Shown piece after piece: positions 47,838 to 56,335 of a stretch of DNA of 64,000 bases. Source of the DNA: Candidatus Multivoradales bacterium (GTDB lineage Bacteria > Acidobacteriota > Thermoanaerobaculia > Multivoradales > JAHEKO01). Within the stretch, counting starts at the first letter, position 1; every line of letters begins with the position of its first letter. The notes under the pieces were generated by a model. It did no database searches. It saw only the letters and a program-made list of their open reading frames with translations, and had not been told where the DNA came from. A program made the position numbers and the translations under genes. The stretch spans positions 160,001 to 224,000 of the forward strand of contig CBDCXM010000002.1 of assembly GCA_965223855.1 (NCBI GenBank), given 5' to 3'.

Positions 47838-49622
47838 ATGCGCCGGCTGCTCGTCACCCTTTCCGTGCTGGCGGTACCGGTCTGCGCGTCGGCGGTCGAG
47901 AGTGCCGGCGCCTATCACTTCACCCTGGCCAAGATCCTCGTCGATCAGGGGAAGTACCGTGAGGCGGGAGAGAACTTCGAAGCGGCCCTCGACGAGGTGG
48001 CGGACGATCCGTTCCTGCGCGTGGAGTACGCCGAGTTCCTGCTCAACGGTGGTCGGACGACTCGAGCGCTCGAGCAGCTCGCCGTGGCGCGCGGACTGTC
48101 GCCCAGCGACCCGCAGATCGCCAAGGCGTACGGCGAGCTCCAGCTCCAGGCAGCGAGGGAAGACGAGAGCGCCTTCGTCGAGGCGAGACGGGCCTTCGAG
48201 CAGCTCCGTCTGCTGACGCCGGAGGATCCCGAGGCGATGTCGACCCTCGGCAGGATCTACCTGAGCGAGGACCGCTTCGCCGAGGCTGCCGAGGTGTTCG
48301 CAGAGGCCCTGACCTACTGGCCCCGCAGTCGCGGCCTCCATGGATCGCGGATCGATGCGCTGTTGCGATCGGGAGACAACGAAGCCGCCCACGATGCGCT
48401 GGTCGAGTTCCTCGAAGTCGACCCTGCGTCGTTGCGGGCGAGACTGACTCTGGTCGACCTCAAGGAGTCGCAGGACGACGAGGAAGGGGCGAGGGAAGTC
48501 CTGCTCTCGACTCCCCGCGACTCTTCGGGGGACGGCGAGATGTTCCGCCGGCTCGCGGTCGGGCTCTACGAGGCGCGAGCGTTCGACGAAGCGCTCTACT
48601 GGCTCGACCGCAGTCTCGATCAAGCTGAGGACGGGCCGCAGCCGCAGACGCTCTTCCTTCGCGCTCTCCTGCTCACGGCGACTGATCGGAACGCCGAGGC
48701 GAGATCGGAGCTGGAAGCCCTGCTGGTCCTCGAGCCGCAGCGGCGGGACGCCCTCGAGCTCCTGGTCAGGCATCAGCTCGAGGCGGAACTGTGGCAGGAG
48801 GCATTGACGAGACTCGCTCCGATGCTCGAGGACGACAGTGCGGGGGGAGAAGGGCTCGAGGAGCGGGCAGAGCTGGTGATGCTCTACGCCGATGCACTGG
48901 TCGGCGACGATCGAGCGGAGGAGGCGCTCGACTGGCTCTCCCGGCTCTCGCGCTTCGAAGGGGTGGGACGCAGGGCTGTCGCTCGGCAGGCGGGGCTCCT
49001 GTTCACGCTCGATCGAGCCGCGGACGCCGATCGACTGCTCGACGACCTGACCGCGGACGGGGCTCCCCAGAATCTCCTGCTGGCTGCGGAGGTCTGTCAG
49101 CGCAACGAGGAATACGAGCGCGCCATCCCCTGGCTCGAACAGGCTCTCGATGGCGGCGACGAGCCGCTGCAGGCGCTCTTCTGGCTGGGCGCCGCCTACG
49201 AACGGACCGGCAGGATCGCCGACGCCGAGGAGCAGTTCCTGCGGTTTCTCGACATCGAGCCCGACTCCGCACCGGTGCTCAACTACCTCGGTTACATGTG
49301 GGCGGATCACGACATCAATCTCGCCCAGGCGCTCGTCTATGTGGAACGGGCGGTCGCGCTGGACCCTGACAACGGCGCCTACGTCGACTCGCTCGGCTGG
49401 GCGCACTACCGGCTCGGCAACTTCGAGGAGGCCCGGGGGCACCTGGAGCGAGCTGCCGGCCTCGTCGGCGATGACGCCGTTGTCCTCGAGCATCTGGGAG
49501 ACGTCTACAGCGCCCTCGGCGAGACCGACGACGCCCTGCGCCTCTACCGCCAGGCGCTCGACCTCGAGGGCGAGAACGCAGCCGAGATCGAGAAGAAGCT
49601 GCAGCACCTCGACCGTCCGTGA
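47838..49622 (+). CDS. Secreted TPR-repeat protein
   Basis: Signal peptide, many TPRs, LNYLGYMWAD, DPDNGAYVDSLGW, VLEHLGD; typical of the TPR gene preceding lolB/ispE. Confidence 0.9.
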   Translation: MRRLLVTLSVLAVPVCASAVESAGAYHFTLAKILVDQGKYREAGENFEAALDEVADDPFLRVEYAEFLLNGGRTTRALEQLAVARGLSPSDPQIAKAYGELQLQAAREDESAFVEARRAFEQLRLLTPEDPEAMSTLGRIYLSEDRFAEAAEVFAEALTYWPRSRGLHGSRIDALLRSGDNEAAHDALVEFLEVDPASLRARLTLVDLKESQDDEEGAREVLLSTPRDSSGDGEMFRRLAVGLYEARAFDEALYWLDRSLDQAEDGPQPQTLFLRALLLTATDRNAEARSELEALLVLEPQRRDALELLVRHQLEAELWQEALTRLAPMLEDDSAGGEGLEERAELVMLYADALVGDDRAEEALDWLSRLSRFEGVGRRAVARQAGLLFTLDRAADADRLLDDLTADGAPQNLLLAAEVCQRNEEYERAIPWLEQALDGGDEPLQALFWLGAAYERTGRIADAEEQFLRFLDIEPDSAPVLNYLGYMWADHDINLAQALVYVERAVALDPDNGAYVDSLGWAHYRLGNFEEARGHLERAAGLVGDDAVVLEHLGDVYSALGETDDALRLYRQALDLEGENAAEIEKKLQHLDRP

Positions 49623-50314
49623 CCACGCCTCTGCTCAGGCTGCTGGCGGTGTGCTGGCTCGCCGCGGCGCTGGCTGCCTGTGCGAGCCTGCCGCCGCCAG
49701 AAGGGGCCGCTAGACCCGAGGAACCACCGGCTGCTCGCAGCGGGCCGGGCACCCAGTCTCTCTTCCGGCTGGTCTACGACAGCGGCGAGGGCCGGGTCTC
49801 CACCAGGGTGGTACTGCGCCGGCTCGGACCGGACGACTTCCAGTTGCTCGCTTCCGACGTGGCGGGTCGACCGGCGTGGGGCCTCGATCTGCGGGGGGAG
49901 CGCTCCGTCCTCGTCGATCACCGGCAGCGCCTCTACTGCGTCGGTGGAGAGGAGCTGCGGCTCGATGCCCTTCACCCTTCCGAGTTGCCGCTCACCGCGC
50001 TGCCCCGGATCCTCGACGGCGCGCTGCCGTTCCCGCCGCCGGACGACCTGGCGACCCGGGACGGTGAGGTCGAGTGGATCGATGAGGCCGATCGCCAGTG
50101 GAGCGCGGCCTTCGAGGGCGGCGCCCTCCGGCGGTGGACGCTGCTGCGCGCCGGCGAGCCCACCCTCTGGTGGACTGCGAGCGAGGGCGACGCCATTCTC
50201 TCGCGCAGAGGAGGCGAGCAGTATCGCTGGAGCCGGGTCGCTCGCGAGGAGGTGAGCCTCCGCCTCGACAGTCCCGTCCCTGATGGGTTCGAAGAAGGAG
50301 TTTGCGGTGACTGA
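49619..50314 (+). CDS. Lipoprotein of unknown function (in the lolB position)
   Basis: Lipobox LAAC; beta-rich; translationally coupled between the TPR gene and ispE. Confidence 0.7.
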   Translation: MTTPLLRLLAVCWLAAALAACASLPPPEGAARPEEPPAARSGPGTQSLFRLVYDSGEGRVSTRVVLRRLGPDDFQLLASDVAGRPAWGLDLRGERSVLVDHRQRLYCVGGEELRLDALHPSELPLTALPRILDGALPFPPPDDLATRDGEVEWIDEADRQWSAAFEGGALRRWTLLRAGEPTLWWTASEGDAILSRRGGEQYRWSRVAREEVSLRLDSPVPDGFEEGVCGD

Positions 50315-51203
50315 GCACAGCTACCGGAGCTTCGCCAAGATCAATCTCCACCTCGCCGTCGTCGGGCGAAGGGCCGACGGCTATCACGAGCTGCGGACGG
50401 TCTTCCAGACGATCGAGTCTCATGACCGGGTGAGAGTGGCGGTGCGGCCGGGGCGCGGAGTCTCGGTGGTGGTGCCGGGCGGAGGAGCTCCCGAGGGTGA
50501 CTCCAACCTGGCGTACCGGGCCGCGGCGCTGCTGCTCGACGAGCATGGTGTGGAGAAGAAGATCGAGATCGAGATCGAGAAGCGGATTCCCGCCGGCGGA
50601 GGACTGGGGGGTGGGAGCAGCAACGCGGCGACCGTCCTGTTCGCGCTCGACGAGCTACTGGATCTCGGCACGGGGGTCGAACGACTGGCGGCGCTCGGCC
50701 GGCAGCTCGGGGCTGACGTTCCCTACTTTCTCTTCGGCGGAGCGGCCCTCGGCACCGAGCGGGGAGACGTCATCACGCCCCTGCAGGAGGGGGCCCCTTT
50801 CGAGCTCTTCCTGGGTCTGCCGGGGGTGGCGGTGCCGACCGTCGATGTGTTCCGTCGTCTGCGGTTGCCTCCGGAGAGGCCGGACCCACCGGAACTGACC
50901 CGCTGGCTGGAGGGCGTCCCCCCTTCCGAGCCCTCGCTTCCGGATGGTTGGAACGACCTCGAGGAGCCTGTCCTGGCCCACTACGAGGCGGTGGCGGGCG
51001 TATATAATGCGCTGCGCCGAGCGGGAGCTTCGATGGTGCGTCTTTCGGGTAGTGGAGGGACGGTGTTCGCGGTCTTCGGGCCGGACGATGAGACCGTGCC
51101 GCCGACGATCGAGCGTGTCGCTTCTCAGCTTCCGGGAGGCGCGCAGCTCCGGAGGACGAAGACCCTGACCAGGGAGGAGTTCGAGCGACGGCGGCGCGGG
51201 TAG
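50307..51203 (+). CDS. ispE: 4-(cytidine 5'-diphospho)-2-C-methyl-D-erythritol kinase
   Basis: AKINL.L.V.GRR.DGYHEL, KRIP.GGGLGGGSSNAA, GADVP, NDLE, LSGSG. Confidence 0.95.
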   Translation: MTEHSYRSFAKINLHLAVVGRRADGYHELRTVFQTIESHDRVRVAVRPGRGVSVVVPGGGAPEGDSNLAYRAAALLLDEHGVEKKIEIEIEKRIPAGGGLGGGSSNAATVLFALDELLDLGTGVERLAALGRQLGADVPYFLFGGAALGTERGDVITPLQEGAPFELFLGLPGVAVPTVDVFRRLRLPPERPDPPELTRWLEGVPPSEPSLPDGWNDLEEPVLAHYEAVAGVYNALRRAGASMVRLSGSGGTVFAVFGPDDETVPPTIERVASQLPGGAQLRRTKTLTREEFERRRRG

Positions 51204-51294
51204 CCTGCCGTCGGGACGAATCGATCGAAGCCTTCGTGGTGCACGACGAGAGGTGCGTCGGCCCGGGACGAGTCGGCAGTTGCGCGGTGCCGTT

Positions 51295-51744
51295 ATGCGA
51301 GTGACAGAAGTCAAGATCTTCCCCGTCAAGGACCCGAAGCTGAGGGCCTTCGTGTCCGTCGTCTTCGACCATTGCTTCATGGTGAACGACATCAAGGTGA
51401 TCGAGGGGCGAGAGGGACGCTTCATCAGCATGCCGAGCCGTCGCAAGCGCAATGGCAGATTCAAGGACATCGCGCACCCGCTCAACAGCGATACGAGGGC
51501 GATGCTCGAGAGCGAGATCCTCGCTGCCTACGAGGCGTCGATCGGCGACGGCCGCAGCTCCGTTTCCAGAGAGCCGACTCGTGAGGAAGCGCGCGAGGAG
51601 GTGGTGGCCGACGGCGGGACGGGTGCAGTCGCTGAGCCGGCCGGGGATGCGGCCCCGGACCGGGAGCCGTCATCCGACACTGAACCGAGAACCCTCGAGG
51701 AAGTCACGGAGAAGCACCTGAGCGACTCCTTCTGGACGAGCTGA
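51295..51744 (+). CDS. spoVG: SpoVG family nucleic-acid-binding protein
   Basis: TEVKI, FMVNDIKVIEG..G.FISMPSR, FKDIAHPLN. Confidence 0.92.
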   Translation: MRVTEVKIFPVKDPKLRAFVSVVFDHCFMVNDIKVIEGREGRFISMPSRRKRNGRFKDIAHPLNSDTRAMLESEILAAYEASIGDGRSSVSREPTREEAREEVVADGGTGAVAEPAGDAAPDREPSSDTEPRTLEEVTEKHLSDSFWTS

Positions 51745-51776
51745 GCGACGAAGAGAGCCTGAGACCACAGCCATTC

Positions 51777-51851
51777 TGGGGCGTCGCCAAGCGGTAAGGC
51801 ACCGGCCTTTGGAGCCGGCATTCGTAGGTTCGAATCCTACCGCCCCAGCCA
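51777..51851 (+). tRNA. tRNA-Gln (anticodon TTG)
   Basis: TGGGGCG acceptor...CGCCCCA-GCCA; anticodon arm CCGGC-CTTTGGA-GCCGG; T-loop GGTTCGAATCC. Confidence 0.98.
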
Positions 51852-51932
51852 CTGACTTCACCCGGCGCCCGGCCCGACGAATCGAGTTCCAGACGACCGA
51901 CATCCCCAAAGAGCGACGAAAGAGAAGGAACC

Positions 51933-52883
51933 ATGACCTCTGCCTACGGTGAACTGAAGGTGTTCAGTGGCCGCGCCCATCCGGCGCTGGCAACCGAGAT
52001 CTGCGAGAGCCTGGGGATTCCGCTCGGCAAGGTCCACGCGCGCAACTTCCTCGACGGCGAGATCTTCTGCCAGATCCAGGAGAACGTTCGCGGGCGAGAC
52101 GTCTTCGTCGTCCAGCCGATCACCAAGCCGGTGAACGAGAACCTGGTCGAGCTGCTCATCCTTCTCGACGCCTTCCGCCGCTCCTCGGCGGCGCGCATCA
52201 CCGCCGTGATCCCCTACTACGGCTATTCGCGCCAGGACAAGAAGGACCAGCCGCGAGTGGCGATCACCGCCAAGCTGGTCGCCAACCTGCTCTCGGGGGC
52301 GGGGGCGGACAGGATTCTCACCATGGATCTCCATGCCGGGCAGATCCAGGGGTACTTCGACATTCCCGTGGACCACCTGTTTGCCGCCCCGGTGCTGCTC
52401 GATGCGCTCAGTGAGCTCCAGATCCCCGATCTCGTGATCGTGTCGCCCGATGCCGGAGGCGTGGCGAGAGCCCGAGCGATCGCGAAGCGGCTCGGTGTCG
52501 GTATCGCGATCGTCGACAAGAGGCGCACCGCTCCCAACGAGGCCGAGGTGATGAACGTCGTCGGCGACGTCAAGGGGAAGAATCTTCTGATCATTGATGA
52601 CATCATCGACACGGCGGGGACGCTCGTTCACACCGTCGAGGCGCTGCGTGCCAAGGGTGGGCAGCGAGTGCTCGCCGCCGGAATCCACGCCATCCTTTCG
52701 GGACCTGCGCTCGAGCGACTCGAAGAGTCGAGCGTCGAGTCGGTCCTCGTCACCAACACCACACCGCTGGAAGAGAAGCTCGCGGGCTGTTCCAAACTCA
52801 AGCCACTGACCGTGGCACCGTTGCTGGGGGATGCCATTCAGCGCATCCACGAGGACAGTTCAGTGAGCTCATTGTTCGTTTAG
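51933..52883 (+). CDS. prs: Ribose-phosphate pyrophosphokinase
   Basis: F.DGE, ENVRG, PYYGYSRQD, DLHA.QIQG.F, VSPDAGG, DDIIDTAGT. Confidence 0.98.
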   Translation: MTSAYGELKVFSGRAHPALATEICESLGIPLGKVHARNFLDGEIFCQIQENVRGRDVFVVQPITKPVNENLVELLILLDAFRRSSAARITAVIPYYGYSRQDKKDQPRVAITAKLVANLLSGAGADRILTMDLHAGQIQGYFDIPVDHLFAAPVLLDALSELQIPDLVIVSPDAGGVARARAIAKRLGVGIAIVDKRRTAPNEAEVMNVVGDVKGKNLLIIDDIIDTAGTLVHTVEALRAKGGQRVLAAGIHAILSGPALERLEESSVESVLVTNTTPLEEKLAGCSKLKPLTVAPLLGDAIQRIHEDSSVSSLFV

Positions 52884-52893
52884 AGGAGTTGTC

Positions 52894-53580
52894 ATGAGCG
52901 AGACCACAGTTGTCGTCCAGAGCCGGGAAGAGACCGGCAAGAACTCGAATCGCCGGTTGCGTGCGGGCGGATCGATCCCGGCCGTCGTCTACGGCGCGGG
53001 CAAGGACTCCGTGCCGATCACCGTCGACGAGAAGAGCATGCGCGAGTTTCTGCAGGAGACCGGGAGTGAGAACTCGGTCTTTCTGCTCAAGCTCGGCGAG
53101 TCCGGCAAGAGCCGGCACGCGATGATTCGCGACCTGCAGATCGACCCGATCTCCCGCACCATCGAGCACATCGATTTCCAACGCGTACTGATGGACGAGA
53201 AGGTCAAGGTGACCGTCGGGATCGGTCTCGAAGGCACCCCGACCGGCGTGAAGGACGAGGGCGGGGTGCTCGACTTCGTCATGCGCGACGTCGAGATCGA
53301 GTCGCTGCCGGGGAACATTCCGGCCGAGCTGGTGATCGACATCAGCGCTCTCGCGGTCGGCGACCACGTCGAGGCGAGCGACATCGAGCTCCCCGAGGGC
53401 GTCGAGCTGATGACCGAGGGTTCGAGGGTCGTCGCCTCGGTGGCGCACAGCCGCGTCGCCCAGGATCTCGAGGAGGCCGAGGCGGCCGCCGAGGAGGGCG
53501 CGGGTCTCATCGAGGAGATGCCGAGCGAGCCGGAGGTCATCGGTCGCGACAAGGAAGACGAGGTCGAGGACGAAGACTGA
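52894..53580 (+). CDS. rplY: 50S ribosomal protein L25/Ctc
   Basis: GK...RRLR..G.IPAVVYG, HIDFQRV, GVKDEGG, EPEVI. Confidence 0.96.
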   Translation: MSETTVVVQSREETGKNSNRRLRAGGSIPAVVYGAGKDSVPITVDEKSMREFLQETGSENSVFLLKLGESGKSRHAMIRDLQIDPISRTIEHIDFQRVLMDEKVKVTVGIGLEGTPTGVKDEGGVLDFVMRDVEIESLPGNIPAELVIDISALAVGDHVEASDIELPEGVELMTEGSRVVASVAHSRVAQDLEEAEAAAEEGAGLIEEMPSEPEVIGRDKEDEVEDED

Positions 53581-53596
53581 GGAGACCCCACGGCGG

Positions 53597-54145
53597 CTGG
53601 TCGTCGGTCTCGGGAATCCGGGGGATCGCTACGAGGCGACCCGGCACAACATCGGGTTCCAGGTCATCGACGAGCTGGCGAGCCGCTCCGGCAGGTCGCT
53701 CGATCGGGCGCTGTGCAACGCGTTGATCTCCGTAGGGGATCCCTTGCTCGTCGCGCCGCAGACCTACATGAACCGGAGTGGCTACGCCGTGCGCTGCCTC
53801 ACCGAGCGTTTCGAGGTCGCGGCCGAGGATTGCCTGGTGGTCTACGACGAGGTTCACCTGCCGCTCGGCCGGATGCGCCTGCGCACCGCCGGCAGCCCCG
53901 GCGGTCATCGAGGGATGGAGTCGATCATCAACAACCTCAGGAGCCGGTCCGTGCCGCGATTGCGTCTGGGGGTCGGTCCCGACGAGGGCGAGGTCGACGG
54001 CGAGCTACTCGCCGAGTATGTGCTCGAGCCGTTTCGTGCGGACGAAGAGGAGACAGTGCAGGGCCTGGTCTCGAGGGCGGCGGACGCCTGCGAGGCCTGG
54101 CTCGAAGAGGATCCGGAAAGGGTCATGAACCGCTTCAACGGGTAG
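53597..54145 (+). CDS. pth: Peptidyl-tRNA hydrolase
   Basis: LVVGLGNPG..Y..TRHNIGF, PQTYMN.SG, GGHRG..S, RLRLGVG; no in-frame ATG/GTG/TTG upstream of the GLGNPG motif, so CTG 53597 is proposed. Confidence 0.93.
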   Translation: MVVGLGNPGDRYEATRHNIGFQVIDELASRSGRSLDRALCNALISVGDPLLVAPQTYMNRSGYAVRCLTERFEVAAEDCLVVYDEVHLPLGRMRLRTAGSPGGHRGMESIINNLRSRSVPRLRLGVGPDEGEVDGELLAEYVLEPFRADEEETVQGLVSRAADACEAWLEEDPERVMNRFNG

Positions 54146-54187
54146 CGCGAGCCGTCCGTTCAAGAGTTGGAGGGAAGTCACGTGGAG

Positions 54188-56254
54188 ATGCAAACGATGT
54201 TGTACCTGGTGCCGGTGTGCGGCGTGCTCGCGCTGCTGTTCGGACTCATGAGAAGCAAGTGGATCGGCGGTCAGGACGCCGGCGACGAGAAGATGACGAC
54301 GATCGCGGGGCACATCCGCGAGGGCGCGATGGCGTTCCTCGGTCGCGAGTACCGTGTGCTGGCGGTTTTCGTCCTAGTCGTGGCGGCGCTGCTCGCCTGG
54401 TCGAACGCCGGCAAGGAGGGGAGTTCCCCTCTGGTCGGCCTGTCGGTGATCGCCGGTGCCGTCTGCTCCGGCCTGGCCGGCTTCTTCGGCATGCGGATCG
54501 CCACCGCCGCCAACGTCCGGACGGCCGCGGCCGCTCGCACCAGCCTCAACGGTGCGCTCAAGGTCGCCTTCTCGGGCGGCGCCGTGATGGGCTTCTCGGT
54601 CGTCGGCCTCGGCGTGCTCGGCCTGTCGCTGCTCTACCTGCTCTACAACGGCCTGTTCCAGAGCGGTGACGCGCAGCTCGACATGATCACCGTCGTCACC
54701 GTGCTCACCGGCTTTTCCTTCGGTGCCAGTTCGATCGCGCTCTTCGCCCGCGTCGGTGGCGGCATCTACACCAAGGCGGCGGACGTCGGCGCGGACCTCG
54801 TCGGTAAGGTCGAGGCGGGGATCCCCGAGGACGACCCGCGCAATCCGGCGGTGATCGCCGACAATGTCGGCGACAACGTCGGTGACGTCGCCGGCATGGG
54901 TGCCGACCTCTTCGAGTCGTATGTCGGCTCCATCATCGGCGCGCTCGTTCTGGGCGTCAATGCGACGGCCGCCGACGGCACGAGCTACACGCCGGCGCTG
55001 GTGCTGCTGCCGCTGATGATCGCGGGGGTCGGCATCGTCGTCTCGCTCGCCGGCACCCTGCTCGTGAAGACGAAGGAGGGGGGCAACCCGGCCCACGCTC
55101 TGGATCGCGGCACCTTCGGCGCTGCGATCGTGATGCTGGGGATGATCTGGTGGCTGTCGCGCACGATGCTCGACGGGACCTACATCCTGGGCGATACCGA
55201 GTTCGGTGCCACCGGAGTCTTCCTCGCGACCGTGGCAGGCCTCGCCGGTGGCGTCGCGATCGGCAAGATCACCGAGTACTACACCTCTGAGGCGAAGAAG
55301 CCGGCACAGGCGATCGCCAAGGACAGCCAGACCGGCTCCGCGACCAACATCATCTCCGGGCTCGCGGTCGGCATGCGTTCGACCGCGCTGCCGTCGGTAG
55401 TCCTGGTGGCGGCCATTCTCGTCGCCTACAACCAGGCGGGCCTCTACGGCATCGCCATCGCCGCACTCGGCATGCTTTCGACCACCGGGATTCAGCTCGC
55501 CGTCGACGCGTACGGCCCGATTGCCGACAACGCCGGCGGCATCGCCGAGATGGCGGCGTTGGGTTCCGACGTCCGCGCCCGCACCGACAAGCTCGACGCG
55601 GTGGGCAACACGACAGCGGCGATCGGCAAGGGCTTCGCGATCGGTTCGGCAGCGCTGACGGCGCTGGCGCTCTTCGCGGCGTTCCGGACGACGGTCGGGA
55701 TCGAGTCGATCGACGTCGCCAATCCGAAGGTGATGGGCGGCCTCTTCATCGGCGCCATGATGCCGTTCCTCTTCTCGTCGATGGCGATGCAGGCGGTCGG
55801 CCGCGCGGCGTTCGAGATGATCGAGGAGGTCCGTCGCCAGTTCAAGTCGATCCCCGGCTTGATGGAAGGGAAGGCGACCGCCGAGTACGCCAAGTGCGTC
55901 GATATCTCGACCCAGGCGGCGATTCGCGAGATGGTCGTTCCCGGCCTGCTGGCCGTCGTCGCTCCGGTCGCCGTCGGCTTCTACGACACCGCGGCTCTTG
56001 GCGGGCTGCTGGCCGGCGTCACCGCCTCGGGCGTGATGATGGCGATCTTCATGGCCAACGCCGGCGGTGCGTGGGACAACGCCAAGAAGTACATCGAAGG
56101 CGGTGCCTACGGCGGCAAGGGGTCCGATGCCCACAAGGCGGCGGTTGTCGGTGACACGGTCGGTGATCCGTTCAAGGACACGGCCGGGCCGAGCCTCAAC
56201 ATCCTCATCAAGCTGATGACGGTGGTGGCGCTGGTCATCGCGCCGCTGCTCTAG
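54188..56254 (+). CDS. hppA: Membrane-bound pyrophosphatase, K+-dependent type (probably Na+-translocating)
   Basis: [46 protein letters not shown] (Ala signature of K+-dependent enzymes), [10 protein letters not shown]. Confidence 0.96.
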   Translation: MQTMLYLVPVCGVLALLFGLMRSKWIGGQDAGDEKMTTIAGHIREGAMAFLGREYRVLAVFVLVVAALLAWSNAGKEGSSPLVGLSVIAGAVCSGLAGFFGMRIATAANVRTAAAARTSLNGALKVAFSGGAVMGFSVVGLGVLGLSLLYLLYNGLFQSGDAQLDMITVVTVLTGFSFGASSIALFARVGGGIYTKAADVGADLVGKVEAGIPEDDPRNPAVIADNVGDNVGDVAGMGADLFESYVGSIIGALVLGVNATAADGTSYTPALVLLPLMIAGVGIVVSLAGTLLVKTKEGGNPAHALDRGTFGAAIVMLGMIWWLSRTMLDGTYILGDTEFGATGVFLATVAGLAGGVAIGKITEYYTSEAKKPAQAIAKDSQTGSATNIISGLAVGMRSTALPSVVLVAAILVAYNQAGLYGIAIAALGMLSTTGIQLAVDAYGPIADNAGGIAEMAALGSDVRARTDKLDAVGNTTAAIGKGFAIGSAALTALALFAAFRTTVGIESIDVANPKVMGGLFIGAMMPFLFSSMAMQAVGRAAFEMIEEVRRQFKSIPGLMEGKATAEYAKCVDISTQAAIREMVVPGLLAVVAPVAVGFYDTAALGGLLAGVTASGVMMAIFMANAGGAWDNAKKYIEGGAYGGKGSDAHKAAVVGDTVGDPFKDTAGPSLNILIKLMTVVALVIAPLL

Positions 56255-56280
56255 CCTGACGTCTCAGGTTGCGGAAGCAG

Positions 56281-56312
56281 AGCCTGCCGGCCCTGGGGGT
56301 CGGCAGGCTTTT
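56281..56312. terminator. Intrinsic terminator hairpin between convergent hppA and the M1 peptidase gene
   Basis: AGCCTGCCGGCC...GGTCGGCAGGCT followed by TTT. Confidence 0.75.
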
Positions 56313-56335
56313 CCCGTTCCGGCCAGGAGTTGAGG

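Noticed and set aside
47637-49607. Long antisense ORFs (here and at 25615..27519, 27728..29818, 38869..40926, 54374..56134)
   Set aside because: Typical stop-poor antisense frames of high-GC genes; the opposite strands carry the recognisable proteins
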